DNA from: a virus
Strand: one strand, 5' to 3'
IMG/VR virus record: IMGVR_UViG_3300044730_002015
Span: 1 to 64,000 of that record
DNA length: 64,000 nucleotides
The notes beneath the pieces were generated by a model. It searched no databases, was not told the origin of the DNA, and saw only the letters and a list, made by a program, of their open reading frames with translations. Positions 26,337-35,258 of this stretch are shown piece by piece; positions within the stretch are counted from its first letter, which is position 1, and the number at the start of each line of letters is the position of its first letter. The translations under genes and the position numbers were made by a program.

Positions 26337-27041
26337 TTAGCGTGGCTCAATACGATATGTCTTTCTTAGCAGTCCAGGGAATGACATTTCAAACAGCATC
26401 TGTATATGCGGGTTGCTGGTATCAATGAACATATTGCTGGTCATCCAGCGGCGCCGCTGCCCCGTCATACGCTGTTGTAGACTAGGGCCCAGCCTGATTT
26501 CTTGTGAGTAATTTTCGCAGAATTTTATCAGTTTTTCCACCACGGGCTCTTCCAGCCAGCGTTCTCGAAAATAGTGCCTTAATGTGTGCTCGGGATCTTT
26601 GAGTTGGATCACGTCGGGTTCATGTGTGAGTTCAGCAGTGACCAGTTTCACGTGTTGTAGCTGTTGCCAGAACTTCTGTTCCTGCAGCCGGTGATAATCA
26701 TTGGTGTAGATCTGCAGCCAGTTGTCGTACAATACCACTTTGTCCTGATCATTGGATTCCAACCAGTCCAGGCATTCGTGCAAGGCCAGCACGTCATCAG
26801 CAGAAAAACTCTTGCCGGGACGAGTACGATTACCACGCCAGGACCCACCATAATTTATGTTACGCTTGAGTATCTGATCTCTGAATTCTATGTTTTCATC
26901 CAGGGTGCTGTGATCCCTCACACGGCCCAGTCTGGGCGACCTCAGCACTGCTGCTTCAAAAAGATAAGCAGAGATACTGTAGCGATAGCGGTTGTAAAAC
27001 AGTGAACCGCGGGGTTGGGATTTAGACTCTAATAAGTCCAT
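26337..27041 (-). CDS. hypothetical protein
   Basis: 234-aa ORF overlapping the end of clpA. Confidence 0.7.
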   Translation of the reverse strand: MDLLESKSQPRGSLFYNRYRYSISAYLFEAAVLRSPRLGRVRDHSTLDENIEFRDQILKRNINYGGSWRGNRTRPGKSFSADDVLALHECLDWLESNDQDKVVLYDNWLQIYTNDYHRLQEQKFWQQLQHVKLVTAELTHEPDVIQLKDPEHTLRHYFRERWLEEPVVEKLIKFCENYSQEIRLGPSLQQRMTGQRRRWMTSNMFIDTSNPHIQMLFEMSFPGLLRKTYRIEPR

Positions 27042-29289
27042 TGGTATCCACAGATCCTATCAAGTTGCTGGTAATGTCAAAGGTCACAGAATCTCCAACA
27101 TAATCGGCCATGATTTCACAGTTCATGAGATCATCAAACAGGATCTTGCGGCTAAGCGGCACACGAACTAGTTCATCGATTTTGCGGCTCAAGGGTCTAG
27201 CACCCATTTTGGCATCATAGCCTTTGTCTGCCAGGTGATCGATCAAGGCTTCCGAGAAGTTGATGCGAATGTTTTTGGGAGCCATGGCCTGTTGCAGTTG
27301 CTTGAGGAATTTCAGCACGATACGCTTGATGGCCAGGGTATCCAGTTTCTGGAATTTACATATGGCATCAATACGATTGCGTATCTCGGGTTTGAAATAG
27401 TCTTTGAGTGCGCGATCTTCTTCACCGGATTTGGCCAAGGCCACCCCAAAGCCAATGGCATTGTTGTCATTGTCTCTGGCACCCAGGTTGCTGGTCATGA
27501 TGATGATGGTATTTTTACAAGACACTTTCTTGCCATTGCTGCCAGTCACAGTGCCTTCGTCCAGCATCTGTAGCAAGATGTTGGAAACATCGGGGTGCGC
27601 TTTTTCTATTTCGTCAAACAAGATCACTGAATAGGGACTCTTGCTGAGATCATTGATGAGTTTGCCACCACCTAAACTGTGATCTTCATAGCCCACATAT
27701 CCCGGAGGCGCTCCAATTAGTGTTGAGAGATTGTGCTTCTCTTGGAATTCGCTCATGTCATAGCGCAACAGTTTCATATCCAGCGCGTCACTAAGTGCCT
27801 TGGCCAGTTCAGTTTTTCCTGTGCCTGTGGGTCCAAGGAACAGGAACGATGCCAAGGGCCTGGTATCAACATTGATGCCGGCAAAGGAAACAAATATGCG
27901 ATCGATCACAGGGTCTATCACTTGATCTTGTCCAAACAGCCGATCTTTCACTGTGTCTGCCAAACGCTTGATCTTGTCTGTGGTCTTGCTGGCCAGTTTG
28001 TCTCGCGGTATGTCAGTGAACTTGGCGCAGGCAGTGATGATATCTTCACGCACCACCACAGCACCTTCGGCATCGTTCACACGATAACCAGCGCAGGCGG
28101 CATCCAACAGGTCAATGCTTTTGTCGGGATTTTTACGATCAGTGATATAACGATCGCTGAGTTCTACCGCGGCCTTCACAGCATCTCTGTCGATCTGCAC
28201 TGAGTGGAATGTTTCCAGTCTGGGCTGCAGGCCTGTCAAGATATTTTCCGTGTGCTCAATGCTGGGTTCGTCTATGGCCACTTTGTAGAATCTACGCATG
28301 AGTGCGCGATCCTTTTCAAATGACTCATAGTATTCTTCCCAGGTGGTACAGGCGATGACCTTCAAGTTTCCTTTGGTGATGGCAGGCTTGATCATGTTGG
28401 CCAGATCCATGCTGGAGTTATTGGCAGCGCCAGCGCCTTTCATGGCGTGTGCTTCGTCAATGAACAAAATGCAGTTGTCCTTGGCTGCCAAGGCACCGAG
28501 AACGGCCTTGACTTTTTCTTCAAAGTCTCCGCGATATTTGCTGCCTGCCAACACATCCGCAATGCTCATAGACCACACTTCGTGATTCTGCACAAACTTG
28601 GGCACTTCGCCTGCGATCACAGCCTGTGCCAGGCCTTCCACGATGGCAGTTTTGCCCACACCGGGATCGCCCACCAGCAACACATTTGATTTGAAACGCT
28701 TGGCCAGCACAGTGATCATTTCTTTGAGTTCTGTGGCGCGACCTATCACGGGTTCATACTTGCCGGCTTCGGCCAGTGCTGTCATGTTGATGCAGTACTC
28801 TTCTAATATTTCTGTGGCTTGCTTTTTGCCCAGTTTAGGTTCACGCTGTTTGTGATGGTGACTCTGCCAGTATTCTACAAATTCTTGTTTGTTTAAACCG
28901 TACTTGCAGAAGAAATAGTGTGCGTGGCTGTTGTTTTCACTCATGATCGACAGATACAGATCGATGGGTATCAAGAACCTGCGATTGCTAAACACCACCT
29001 GTGTCACAGCGCGATTGATCATGCGCTCGAGACCATTGGTCTTTTTGGGTACGAACTCTTCAGGATCAACAGATTCCAACTCTAGATTTTTCATGGCCTG
29101 CAGATAAGCTTCGATGTCGGCATCCAGGCTTTCAATGTCTACACCAAAGTTCTGCACCTGATTGCGGAATTCGTGATTGCGTATCAGTGCCAGGCTCACG
29201 TGCTCCAAGGTAACATATTCGTGACGCATATCAATGGCCAAGTCTCGGGCCATGTCAATGATGCTTTCCACTTCGGGGTTATACTGCAT
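27022..29289 (-). CDS. clpA: ClpA-like AAA+ chaperone / Clp protease ATP-binding subunit
   Basis: Clp N-domain HEYVTLEH; Walker A GDPGVGKT and GPTGTGKT; IDEAH; DMSEFQEKH, LIGAPPGYVG, FDEIEKAH; IGF loop; no ClpB middle domain. Confidence 0.93.
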   Translation of the reverse strand: MQYNPEVESIIDMARDLAIDMRHEYVTLEHVSLALIRNHEFRNQVQNFGVDIESLDADIEAYLQAMKNLELESVDPEEFVPKKTNGLERMINRAVTQVVFSNRRFLIPIDLYLSIMSENNSHAHYFFCKYGLNKQEFVEYWQSHHHKQREPKLGKKQATEILEEYCINMTALAEAGKYEPVIGRATELKEMITVLAKRFKSNVLLVGDPGVGKTAIVEGLAQAVIAGEVPKFVQNHEVWSMSIADVLAGSKYRGDFEEKVKAVLGALAAKDNCILFIDEAHAMKGAGAANNSSMDLANMIKPAITKGNLKVIACTTWEEYYESFEKDRALMRRFYKVAIDEPSIEHTENILTGLQPRLETFHSVQIDRDAVKAAVELSDRYITDRKNPDKSIDLLDAACAGYRVNDAEGAVVVREDIITACAKFTDIPRDKLASKTTDKIKRLADTVKDRLFGQDQVIDPVIDRIFVSFAGINVDTRPLASFLFLGPTGTGKTELAKALSDALDMKLLRYDMSEFQEKHNLSTLIGAPPGYVGYEDHSLGGGKLINDLSKSPYSVILFDEIEKAHPDVSNILLQMLDEGTVTGSNGKKVSCKNTIIIMTSNLGARDNDNNAIGFGVALAKSGEEDRALKDYFKPEIRNRIDAICKFQKLDTLAIKRIVLKFLKQLQQAMAPKNIRINFSEALIDHLADKGYDAKMGARPLSRKIDELVRVPLSRKILFDDLMNCEIMADYVGDSVTFDITSNLIGSVDTNGLIRV

Positions 29290-29716
29290 GATGTGCCTTT
29301 CTGTCGTGCATGGTTATGCCGTCTAAATGATCAAGTTCGTGCTGGAAACAGCGTGATGCCAAGCCCAGTAATTCTTCATTGACTATATCGCCTGTGGCTG
29401 TTTGGTATCTTACTAGTATTGCATTGGGTCTGCTTATTGTACACTGGTCTCCGGGAAAACTCAAGCAACCTTCATCGAAATTGGTAAAATCGTCACCAGA
29501 TTCTGTGATTTCGGGATTGAAACAGGCCCAGGATCTCACACCAATCTTCATCACAAACGCACGCTTTGATATACCCACCTGCGGTGCTGCCAGACCTATG
29601 CCATTTTGAGTCATCATGAATTCCAAAAGATTTTTGGCCAGCCGTTCATTCTTCCAGGGATAGACAAAATCCACGGGTGCGGCGATTCGATCTAGGACTC
29701 GGCGTGTGAGTTTCAT
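29279..29716 (-). CDS. def: peptide deformylase
   Basis: GIGLAAPQ, EGCLS, QHELDHLDG. Confidence 0.95.
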   Translation of the reverse strand: MKLTRRVLDRIAAPVDFVYPWKNERLAKNLLEFMMTQNGIGLAAPQVGISKRAFVMKIGVRSWACFNPEITESGDDFTNFDEGCLSFPGDQCTISRPNAILVRYQTATGDIVNEELLGLASRCFQHELDHLDGITMHDRKAHHAV

Positions 29717-29724
29717 TGAATTAT

Positions 29725-30483
29725 TTACTGTTTCGCTCGCCTTATGGCCTCGATAACATCTTCGGGTATGTTTCTAGGTAAATGTGTTTCGATATTGACT
29801 ATGATGTCTCCAGCAGGTCCATTGGGATTTTTTAAAGCCTGGCCACGCAGCCGCATCTGCGATCCTGGTCTGGTACGTTCAGGCACTGTGACCGACAGCA
29901 CCGTGTCCTGCAGCGTGGGTATTTCTAGTTCACAGCCCAGGATCAGATCCCAAAAATCTATGCTGCGTGTTATGACCAAATTCAATCCCTGACGCTGGAA
30001 TTCGGCGTGACGGTCAACAATGTAAGTTATGATGAGATCGTGATTGTTGGGGCCGAGATTGGGATAGCGCACTTCCTGTCCTGACTCTATGCCCAGGGGT
30101 ATGTCTATTTCAATCAGTCGCCCGGAAATATTAAAGTTACGCTTTCCCCCTGTTGCCAGATCCTTAAGGTTGATATGTGCCTGTACGCGGGCCTGGGGCC
30201 GGACCTGATGACGGAAGATGTGCCCGAAGATATCACCGAAATGATGTGCGAACTCTGGTGGTATTCCTGATTGCTGGAAATGGAATTGGCTTTGCGGGTT
30301 GTCGTACTGGCTTCGCTTGGCATCATCAGATAGTGTAGCATATGCTTGTTGTATCTCCTGGAACTGCTGGGTATCACCGCCGCGATCGGGATGATGCTTT
30401 GAGGCCAATCGGCGATAAGCAGATTTTATTTCATCTGCCGAGGCCGATCGGTCTACTCCTAAAATAGCATAAAAGTCTTTCAC
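29725..30483 (-). CDS. DnaJ-class (CbpA-like, no Zn finger) co-chaperone
   Basis: J-domain with HPD, DnaJ C-terminal domain; GTG start. Confidence 0.9.
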   Translation of the reverse strand: MKDFYAILGVDRSASADEIKSAYRRLASKHHPDRGGDTQQFQEIQQAYATLSDDAKRSQYDNPQSQFHFQQSGIPPEFAHHFGDIFGHIFRHQVRPQARVQAHINLKDLATGGKRNFNISGRLIEIDIPLGIESGQEVRYPNLGPNNHDLIITYIVDRHAEFQRQGLNLVITRSIDFWDLILGCELEIPTLQDTVLSVTVPERTRPGSQMRLRGQALKNPNGPAGDIIVNIETHLPRNIPEDVIEAIRRAKQ

Positions 30484-30514
30484 ACTGTTATTTTAGCATG
30501 AATGACTGGGTATG

Positions 30515-30817
30515 TCAAACTTCTTCTTTTTTGCCGGCTTCAATGGCCGCTACCTTTTCCTGGCCGCGTGTGTAAGCACTGATACCAAGTATGGCACCAA
30601 AAGCGATGTGTATAAATCCGCCGCCCTGCAGGCTCAAGGGAGCCCACTGACGGAATGCATCATTGGCTGCTTGTACTTCCCAAAACTGCACGATAGTAAA
30701 CAGTACAGGAAACAGTATAAAATCTGCTATGTTGATCATCATGTAAGTTACAGCCATCATTGGACGCCATTTGCTGGTCATCCAATCCTGGGCTTTTTTC
30801 TCTGCTGCTGTGGCCAT
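30515..30817 (-). CDS. putative holin (GTA 3TM holin-like)
   Basis: WRPMMAVTY, hydrophobic helices, GAILGISAYTRGQEK terminus. Confidence 0.55.
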   Translation of the reverse strand: MATAAEKKAQDWMTSKWRPMMAVTYMMINIADFILFPVLFTIVQFWEVQAANDAFRQWAPLSLQGGGFIHIAFGAILGISAYTRGQEKVAAIEAGKKEEV

Positions 30818-30915
30818 TGCTTGCTCCTTGTTGTAATAATTTGTACTTATTTCTCGCAAGTATTTTGGTCAGTGTGCAGTTTTTACACTAAGTATCATTT
30901 TATAGGGATATTATC

Positions 30916-31296
30916 ATGGCCTGGACTGCTACACTAAACATCACCAACCTCACTGACTACAATCTCACTGTGAATCACAACACAGTGGGAGATTTGACCA
31001 CTATCGCACCGGGAGCTGCTTGGTCCTGGACCACGTCGGATCCCAACAATACCAACGCCTTGCGTTTCTGGCAAACTCCGGGACAGTGGTATATGCAGGG
31101 CTCAGTGGCCTATGGCCCCATGGCTGGCGTTTATATGGATCGTGGCTGGATGGCACCTGCGGATCAGACCATCCGCTTGGATGCTGATGTCAATGGCACA
31201 GGATTCTCACAGACCCAAAACGGTGGAGCCACTGTGGTGCCCTGGAACGGATTCGAATCCGGTGGCACGATCAATATGAAGTTTTCTAAGACTTGA
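30916..31296 (+). CDS. beta-rich hypothetical protein on the counter-strand
   Basis: 126-aa ORF with AGGGA RBS and TAAGTA element at 30889-30894; Trp/Thr/Asn-rich. Confidence 0.7.
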   Translation: MAWTATLNITNLTDYNLTVNHNTVGDLTTIAPGAAWSWTTSDPNNTNALRFWQTPGQWYMQGSVAYGPMAGVYMDRGWMAPADQTIRLDADVNGTGFSQTQNGGATVVPWNGFESGGTINMKFSKT

Positions 31297-31993
31297 TGTT
31301 GTAGGCCAAGCCCAGCGCAGCTAACACTCTGATCCAGAACCAGCCGATGTCGAACTCCCACCATTTGTGGCTGAGTTGTGCTGATGCTGGTCGTTCATGG
31401 TGATTGTTATGTAATTCTTCGCCGCCGATAATGAAACCAATAGGACTAATATTCCTACTAGAATCCTGCGTGTTTGAGTTTCTATAACCCCAAAAATGTC
31501 CGACGCCATTTATCACTCCTGCGGCCCAGAACGGAATCCAGGCCATCTGTACCAACCATATCACTATGCCCCAGCCGTGGAACACAGCAGTCAATGCGCA
31601 CAGCAACAACAAGTATCCCAGGTTGGGATGTCTACTGTATATATTCTGTTCTAGCCAATCCCGGGGTGTGCCGCGGCTGTACTGTTCAATCATGCGACGA
31701 TTTTTGCTGGCGTCAGCATACAGCCAAGCGCCGCCAAACAGCACACGCCCAATGCCCAAGATCTGCGGCGAATGCGGATCGCCTGCAGTTTCGCATTTCT
31801 GATGATGCAGTCTGTGTATGGCCACCCACTCGCGTGTGACCATGCCTGTGGTGAGCCACAGCCAGAATCTCATGGGATGGCTTACCCAAGGGCTCAGTTC
31901 CAGGGCCAAGTGTGTTTGATGTCGATGTAGGTAAATGGTAACACACAGTATGGTAATGTGTGTCATGATTAGTGTTAGTATGATTTCTATCAT
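31286..31993 (-). CDS. membrane fatty-acid (delta-9 acyl-CoA-type) desaturase
   Basis: three His boxes HRHQTH, HRLHH, HNNHH; GDPHSP, WEFDIGW. Confidence 0.93.
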   Translation of the reverse strand: MIEIILTLIMTHITILCVTIYLHRHQTHLALELSPWVSHPMRFWLWLTTGMVTREWVAIHRLHHQKCETAGDPHSPQILGIGRVLFGGAWLYADASKNRRMIEQYSRGTPRDWLEQNIYSRHPNLGYLLLLCALTAVFHGWGIVIWLVQMAWIPFWAAGVINGVGHFWGYRNSNTQDSSRNISPIGFIIGGEELHNNHHERPASAQLSHKWWEFDIGWFWIRVLAALGLAYNIKS

Positions 31994-32020
31994 GGCAAGT
32001 ATTTAGTAAGTAGTAATGTC

Positions 32021-32106
32021 AGCGCTCACTTAAGTGATCTTGGGGTAGCGAATCCTGATCACAGCGCAGCAGCCGCGCAGCATAACCCTAACGGTCCTAG
32101 GGTATG
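32021..32106. ncRNA. candidate structured RNA (three hairpins, possible pseudoknots)
   Basis: GC-rich intergenic stretch with stems gtgatc/gatcac, gcgc/gcgc and cataacccta/tagggtatg packed back to back. Confidence 0.45.
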
Positions 32107-32109
32107 TGT

Positions 32110-32856
32110 TTATCGTCCTTGAGCGTAACTCAAGGCACCTTCATAGAAACTGGTGCTGGCTATGTCTCGAGGAACATAACTGGCATTCTTTAAATTTTTC
32201 CTCTGCGCCCAGGCATAGCCAGCCATGTGACCTGAACAGTCCTTGGTGCAGGGATAACCTTTGTAGTACAGGCCCACCGGCGAAGCAGGTGAGTTAGGCG
32301 GGCGCTGTGTGGAAATGTTTTCGCAGATGGCAGTATCGGGCTTGACACCAATCAACATGAATCTAGTGTAAGCACCATCTCGATCTCTTAATTTTAGATT
32401 GCCTTGATACAAGGGCACGGCATCGCCATATGATTCCATCAAATCATTGCGATCGCGGGTCTGTACGGCGAATACCACACCTGCGGGCAAGGCATCATAC
32501 CAGCCCGATCCGGTCCAGTCGTTGTGGCTGGTGTTGATCACAGTGTCATCGGACCAGTAATCAAACGTGTTGGCATCACCGCAGATGTGCCGTGCCTGAC
32601 TTAATTTTTTTCCACGATTCACAGCCGCAGGATCCAGGTCAATGTTGACCATGCGGTCCACAGGCAGTATCTCAGTGTCTTGTGCTATCTTGGCCAGATT
32701 ACCATTCCAAGATCCAATCACAACAATCCTGCCAGGGTTGGCCACAGGCTGCAATCTGCGCAACAACCACAGTTTGCTGGCTATGAGGTCGTCGCTGAAA
32801 CTACCTTGGGGAGTATCGGGACTGGCTTCCCCCAAATTGCTAATAGCGTTTATCAT
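32110..32856 (-). CDS. class I SAM-methyltransferase-like protein with a C-terminal Cys/His module
   Basis: IVVIGSWNG, NIDLDP, GDAN, VINTS; separate module GYPCTKDCSGHMAGYAWA after ICE|N. Confidence 0.6.
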   Translation of the reverse strand: MINAISNLGEASPDTPQGSFSDDLIASKLWLLRRLQPVANPGRIVVIGSWNGNLAKIAQDTEILPVDRMVNIDLDPAAVNRGKKLSQARHICGDANTFDYWSDDTVINTSHNDWTGSGWYDALPAGVVFAVQTRDRNDLMESYGDAVPLYQGNLKLRDRDGAYTRFMLIGVKPDTAICENISTQRPPNSPASPVGLYYKGYPCTKDCSGHMAGYAWAQRKNLKNASYVPRDIASTSFYEGALSYAQGR

Positions 32857-32921
32857 ACAGGACTGTAGGGATTTTTAGGAAGGTCGTAACCGTCTTCGTC
32901 GGGATAAACAGGGTAATCCAT
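32853..32921 (-). CDS. 22-aa peptide MDYPVYPDEDGYDLPKNPYSPV
   Basis: fills the gap exactly; ATGA overlap with the downstream gene. Confidence 0.45.
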   Translation of the reverse strand: MDYPVYPDEDGYDLPKNPYSPV

Positions 32922-32922
32922 A

Positions 32923-33138
32923 TTAAGCCAATGCTGATACCATGGTTACAGTAGCATCCAACAATGCCTGTACCTGTGTTTTCTTCTCCAAGGCCTCGGC
33001 CGTGGTTGCCACTGTTTTGGCCAAGTCAATGTCACGCAGCAATTCTTGGGCTTCGCTTTTGCTGAGATTGCCAGCTGCAAGGTCACGTTGTATCTGTTGT
33101 AATTCTGCTTCAATGGCCAATAGTGTTGCGTCTGTCAT
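32923..33138 (-). CDS. small helical hypothetical protein
   Basis: 71 aa, ATGA-coupled to the upstream lipoprotein. Confidence 0.65.
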   Translation of the reverse strand: MTDATLLAIEAELQQIQRDLAAGNLSKSEAQELLRDIDLAKTVATTAEALEKKTQVQALLDATVTMVSALA

Positions 33139-33551
33139 CTTTTCTTCCTTGCCATGGCCTGCTGTGCGCCTGTGCTGGCCAATGTGATCAAACTGTATTT
33201 GCTACGGCAGTATGCGGCAGACACAGGTTCTGGTCGAGCATAACGCTCAGGTAAAGTAACTGTGATTTCTTTGATGCTGGCAGCCATGGCAGCTACATCG
33301 CGGTTGTTCTGCAGTTCTCTAGCGTAGTTGTGGAATTCCACAGCCTTGCGATGTATTTCTGTGGCATTCACAGCACTTTGTTTTGTGTCTTGGCATTGGC
33401 CTGCCATGAATTCGCTCATGGTGCGCAGTTCCACAGCATAGGTGTATTCGCGATTGTCAAAGGGTGGTAGCCAGTAACTTTCCCAGGCCTGCTGTACTGT
33501 GCCACAGCCCACAAGCAAGGGCACAAATAAAAATAGGAGTATTCGACGCAT
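33135..33551 (-). CDS. lipoprotein
   Basis: signal peptide MRRILLFLFVPLLVG|C with lipobox. Confidence 0.7.
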   Translation of the reverse strand: MRRILLFLFVPLLVGCGTVQQAWESYWLPPFDNREYTYAVELRTMSEFMAGQCQDTKQSAVNATEIHRKAVEFHNYARELQNNRDVAAMAASIKEITVTLPERYARPEPVSAAYCRSKYSLITLASTGAQQAMARKKR

Positions 33552-33580
33552 ACTCCTATTTAGCACAAAAACGCTGGATA

Positions 33581-34591
33581 TCAGTGTTTGATGCGTGACC
33601 AAACCTGCGTTCTTATCTGCTGTGTCAATGCATCGGGCAGGCTAACATAATCTAAGTCAGCAGCGTCCTTTTTACCATTCTTGAAAGCCCAGTCAAAGAA
33701 TTTGATCACTTCTTGGCTGGACTTTTTGTCAGTGGGATCGATATACATGATGATGAAACTGGCTGAACTCACGGGCCAAGCATTGGGATTCTTTTGATCT
33801 ACGATGCTGAGTCCCATGCCCGGTACACTAAACCAATCTGCACCATCAGCAGCGGCTGCAAATGTCACATCATCGGGCGCTACGAATCGGCCCGATTTGT
33901 TCTGCAGCAACATATAATTCATTTTGTTCTTTTTCACATAGGCATATTCTACATAACCAATGGCGCCTTTGATCCTGTTGACATTGGCAGCAACGCCTTC
34001 GTTGCCTTTGCCACCCACTGATGAAGCAGCAGGCCACTTTACCGCAGCTCCGCGACCCACCTTGCTAGCCCACTCTTGGCTGACTGTTGACAAGTAATCA
34101 GTCCAGTTGAATGTGGTACCTGAGCCATCTGCACGGTGTACCACAACAATGTTTTGATCGGGCAGCCGCTTGCCTGGATTCAGTGCTGCTAATTTAGCAT
34201 CGTTCCACTTGGTGATTGTACCCATATAGATATCAGCCAATAAAGCACCGGTGATGCGCAGTTCACCTGGTTTAAAACCATCCAAGTTGATAACCGGCAC
34301 AGTGCCGCCTATGATGGCAGGAAACTGTATCTGAGCATTCTTGTCTAGATCTGCACCTGACACAGGTGCGTCTGTGGCACCAAAGGTCACGGTTCGGGCA
34401 TTGATCTGGCGTATGCCGCCCGATGAACCAATTGATTGATAGTTGAGTCCCACTCCTGTGACCTTTTTGTAAGATTCGGCCCACTTGGCGTACATGGGAT
34501 AGGGAAATGTAGCACCTGCGCCTGTGATGTCGGCAGCAATTGCTGTGGTACAAAATAAAACCGCGGCAAACATTGTAAATAGTTTTTTCAC
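33581..34591 (-). CDS. pstS: phosphate ABC transporter substrate-binding protein
   Basis: ITGAGATFPYP, YQSIGSSGG, FGATDAP, HRADGSGTT, GKGNEGV, IGYVE; signal peptide; GTG start with AAGGAG. Confidence 0.97.
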   Translation of the reverse strand: MKKLFTMFAAVLFCTTAIAADITGAGATFPYPMYAKWAESYKKVTGVGLNYQSIGSSGGIRQINARTVTFGATDAPVSGADLDKNAQIQFPAIIGGTVPVINLDGFKPGELRITGALLADIYMGTITKWNDAKLAALNPGKRLPDQNIVVVHRADGSGTTFNWTDYLSTVSQEWASKVGRGAAVKWPAASSVGGKGNEGVAANVNRIKGAIGYVEYAYVKKNKMNYMLLQNKSGRFVAPDDVTFAAAADGADWFSVPGMGLSIVDQKNPNAWPVSSASFIIMYIDPTDKKSSQEVIKFFDWAFKNGKKDAADLDYVSLPDALTQQIRTQVWSRIKH

Positions 34592-34654
34592 TTGAATTCT
34601 CCTTTGTGTTGTGCTCCTGCACAAGACTATTTACAATAAACTGCGCGGTTTATT

Positions 34655-34672
34655 ATGACACTTTTGTTACAA
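34655..34672 (-). promoter_or_regulatory. Pho box upstream of pstS
   Basis: TTGTAAC-AAAA-GTGTCAT: two heptamers at 11-bp spacing matching the PhoB consensus CTGTCAT-N4-CTGTCA(C/T). Confidence 0.65.
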
Positions 34673-34687
34673 GTGAAAAACTATAGA

Positions 34688-34915
34688 TCAAGATTTGTGC
34701 CGATGATCGATGATGAACTGTAAAACTTGATTGATCGATAGATATGACACAGTGATAATGGTTAATACCACCGGAGCCAGGATCAACTGTCTAGACGACA
34801 GACCTGGCAAGCACAACAGTAGATATGCTGCCAGTGTGCCAGGCAGCAGATAGGGCAAGCAGGATTGTAATCCCAGAGCCAGCGAACTACTTTTTATTTG
34901 CTTCTTTGGGTTCAT
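34688..34915 (-). CDS. possible small membrane protein (start uncertain)
   Basis: two hydrophobic stretches; fills the gap after the spanins. Confidence 0.4.
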   Translation of the reverse strand: MNPKKQIKSSSLALGLQSCLPYLLPGTLAAYLLLCLPGLSSRQLILAPVVLTIITVSYLSINQVLQFIIDHRHKS

Positions 34916-35258
34916 AGTATTCTCGATACTTTTTCAGCATCTCGCGCTGCTGTGATAGGAAATTGCGTGTGGCAGCAAAATCTATGGCTAATTCTTCGTA
35001 GCCATCGTCGGTCAAGGCAAACAGCACTTGATCCGCATTGGCTGCTCGCAGTTCTTCAAACACACGAGCCTGATTTTCCGGAGTCACGATGATCCAGCGT
35101 GGTACTGCTGGTTTGATAGGTGTGGGATCTGGGAGATTAAGCGGCGTGCGTGCCACTGCTTTCTTTTCGATCTCTATGGGTTTGATGGCATTCCAGGCCA
35201 GCAAGGCACAGCCCTGCAGATTCATTGACACCAGGATGACAGCTAGCATTGATCTCAT
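34887..35258 (-). CDS. o-spanin-like lipoprotein
   Basis: MRSMLAVILVSMNLQG|C lipobox, Pro-rich segment, ATGA-coupled to the i-spanin. Confidence 0.7.
   Translation of the reverse strand: MRSMLAVILVSMNLQGCALLAWNAIKPIEIEKKAVARTPLNLPDPTPIKPAVPRWIIVTPENQARVFEELRAANADQVLFALTDDGYEELAIDFAATRNFLSQQREMLKKYREYYEPKEANKK

Noticed and set aside
32021-32106. Possible tRNA or simple terminator
   Set aside because: No acceptor stem, T-loop or CCA, and no U-tract; kept only as an unknown structured RNA
27022-34591. Interpretation as a bacterial chromosome segment because of clpA, def, dnaJ, desaturase and pstS
   Set aside because: No cellular operon context (no pstCAB, clpS or fmt); genes are interleaved with phage lysis and structural genes and share the TAAATA element
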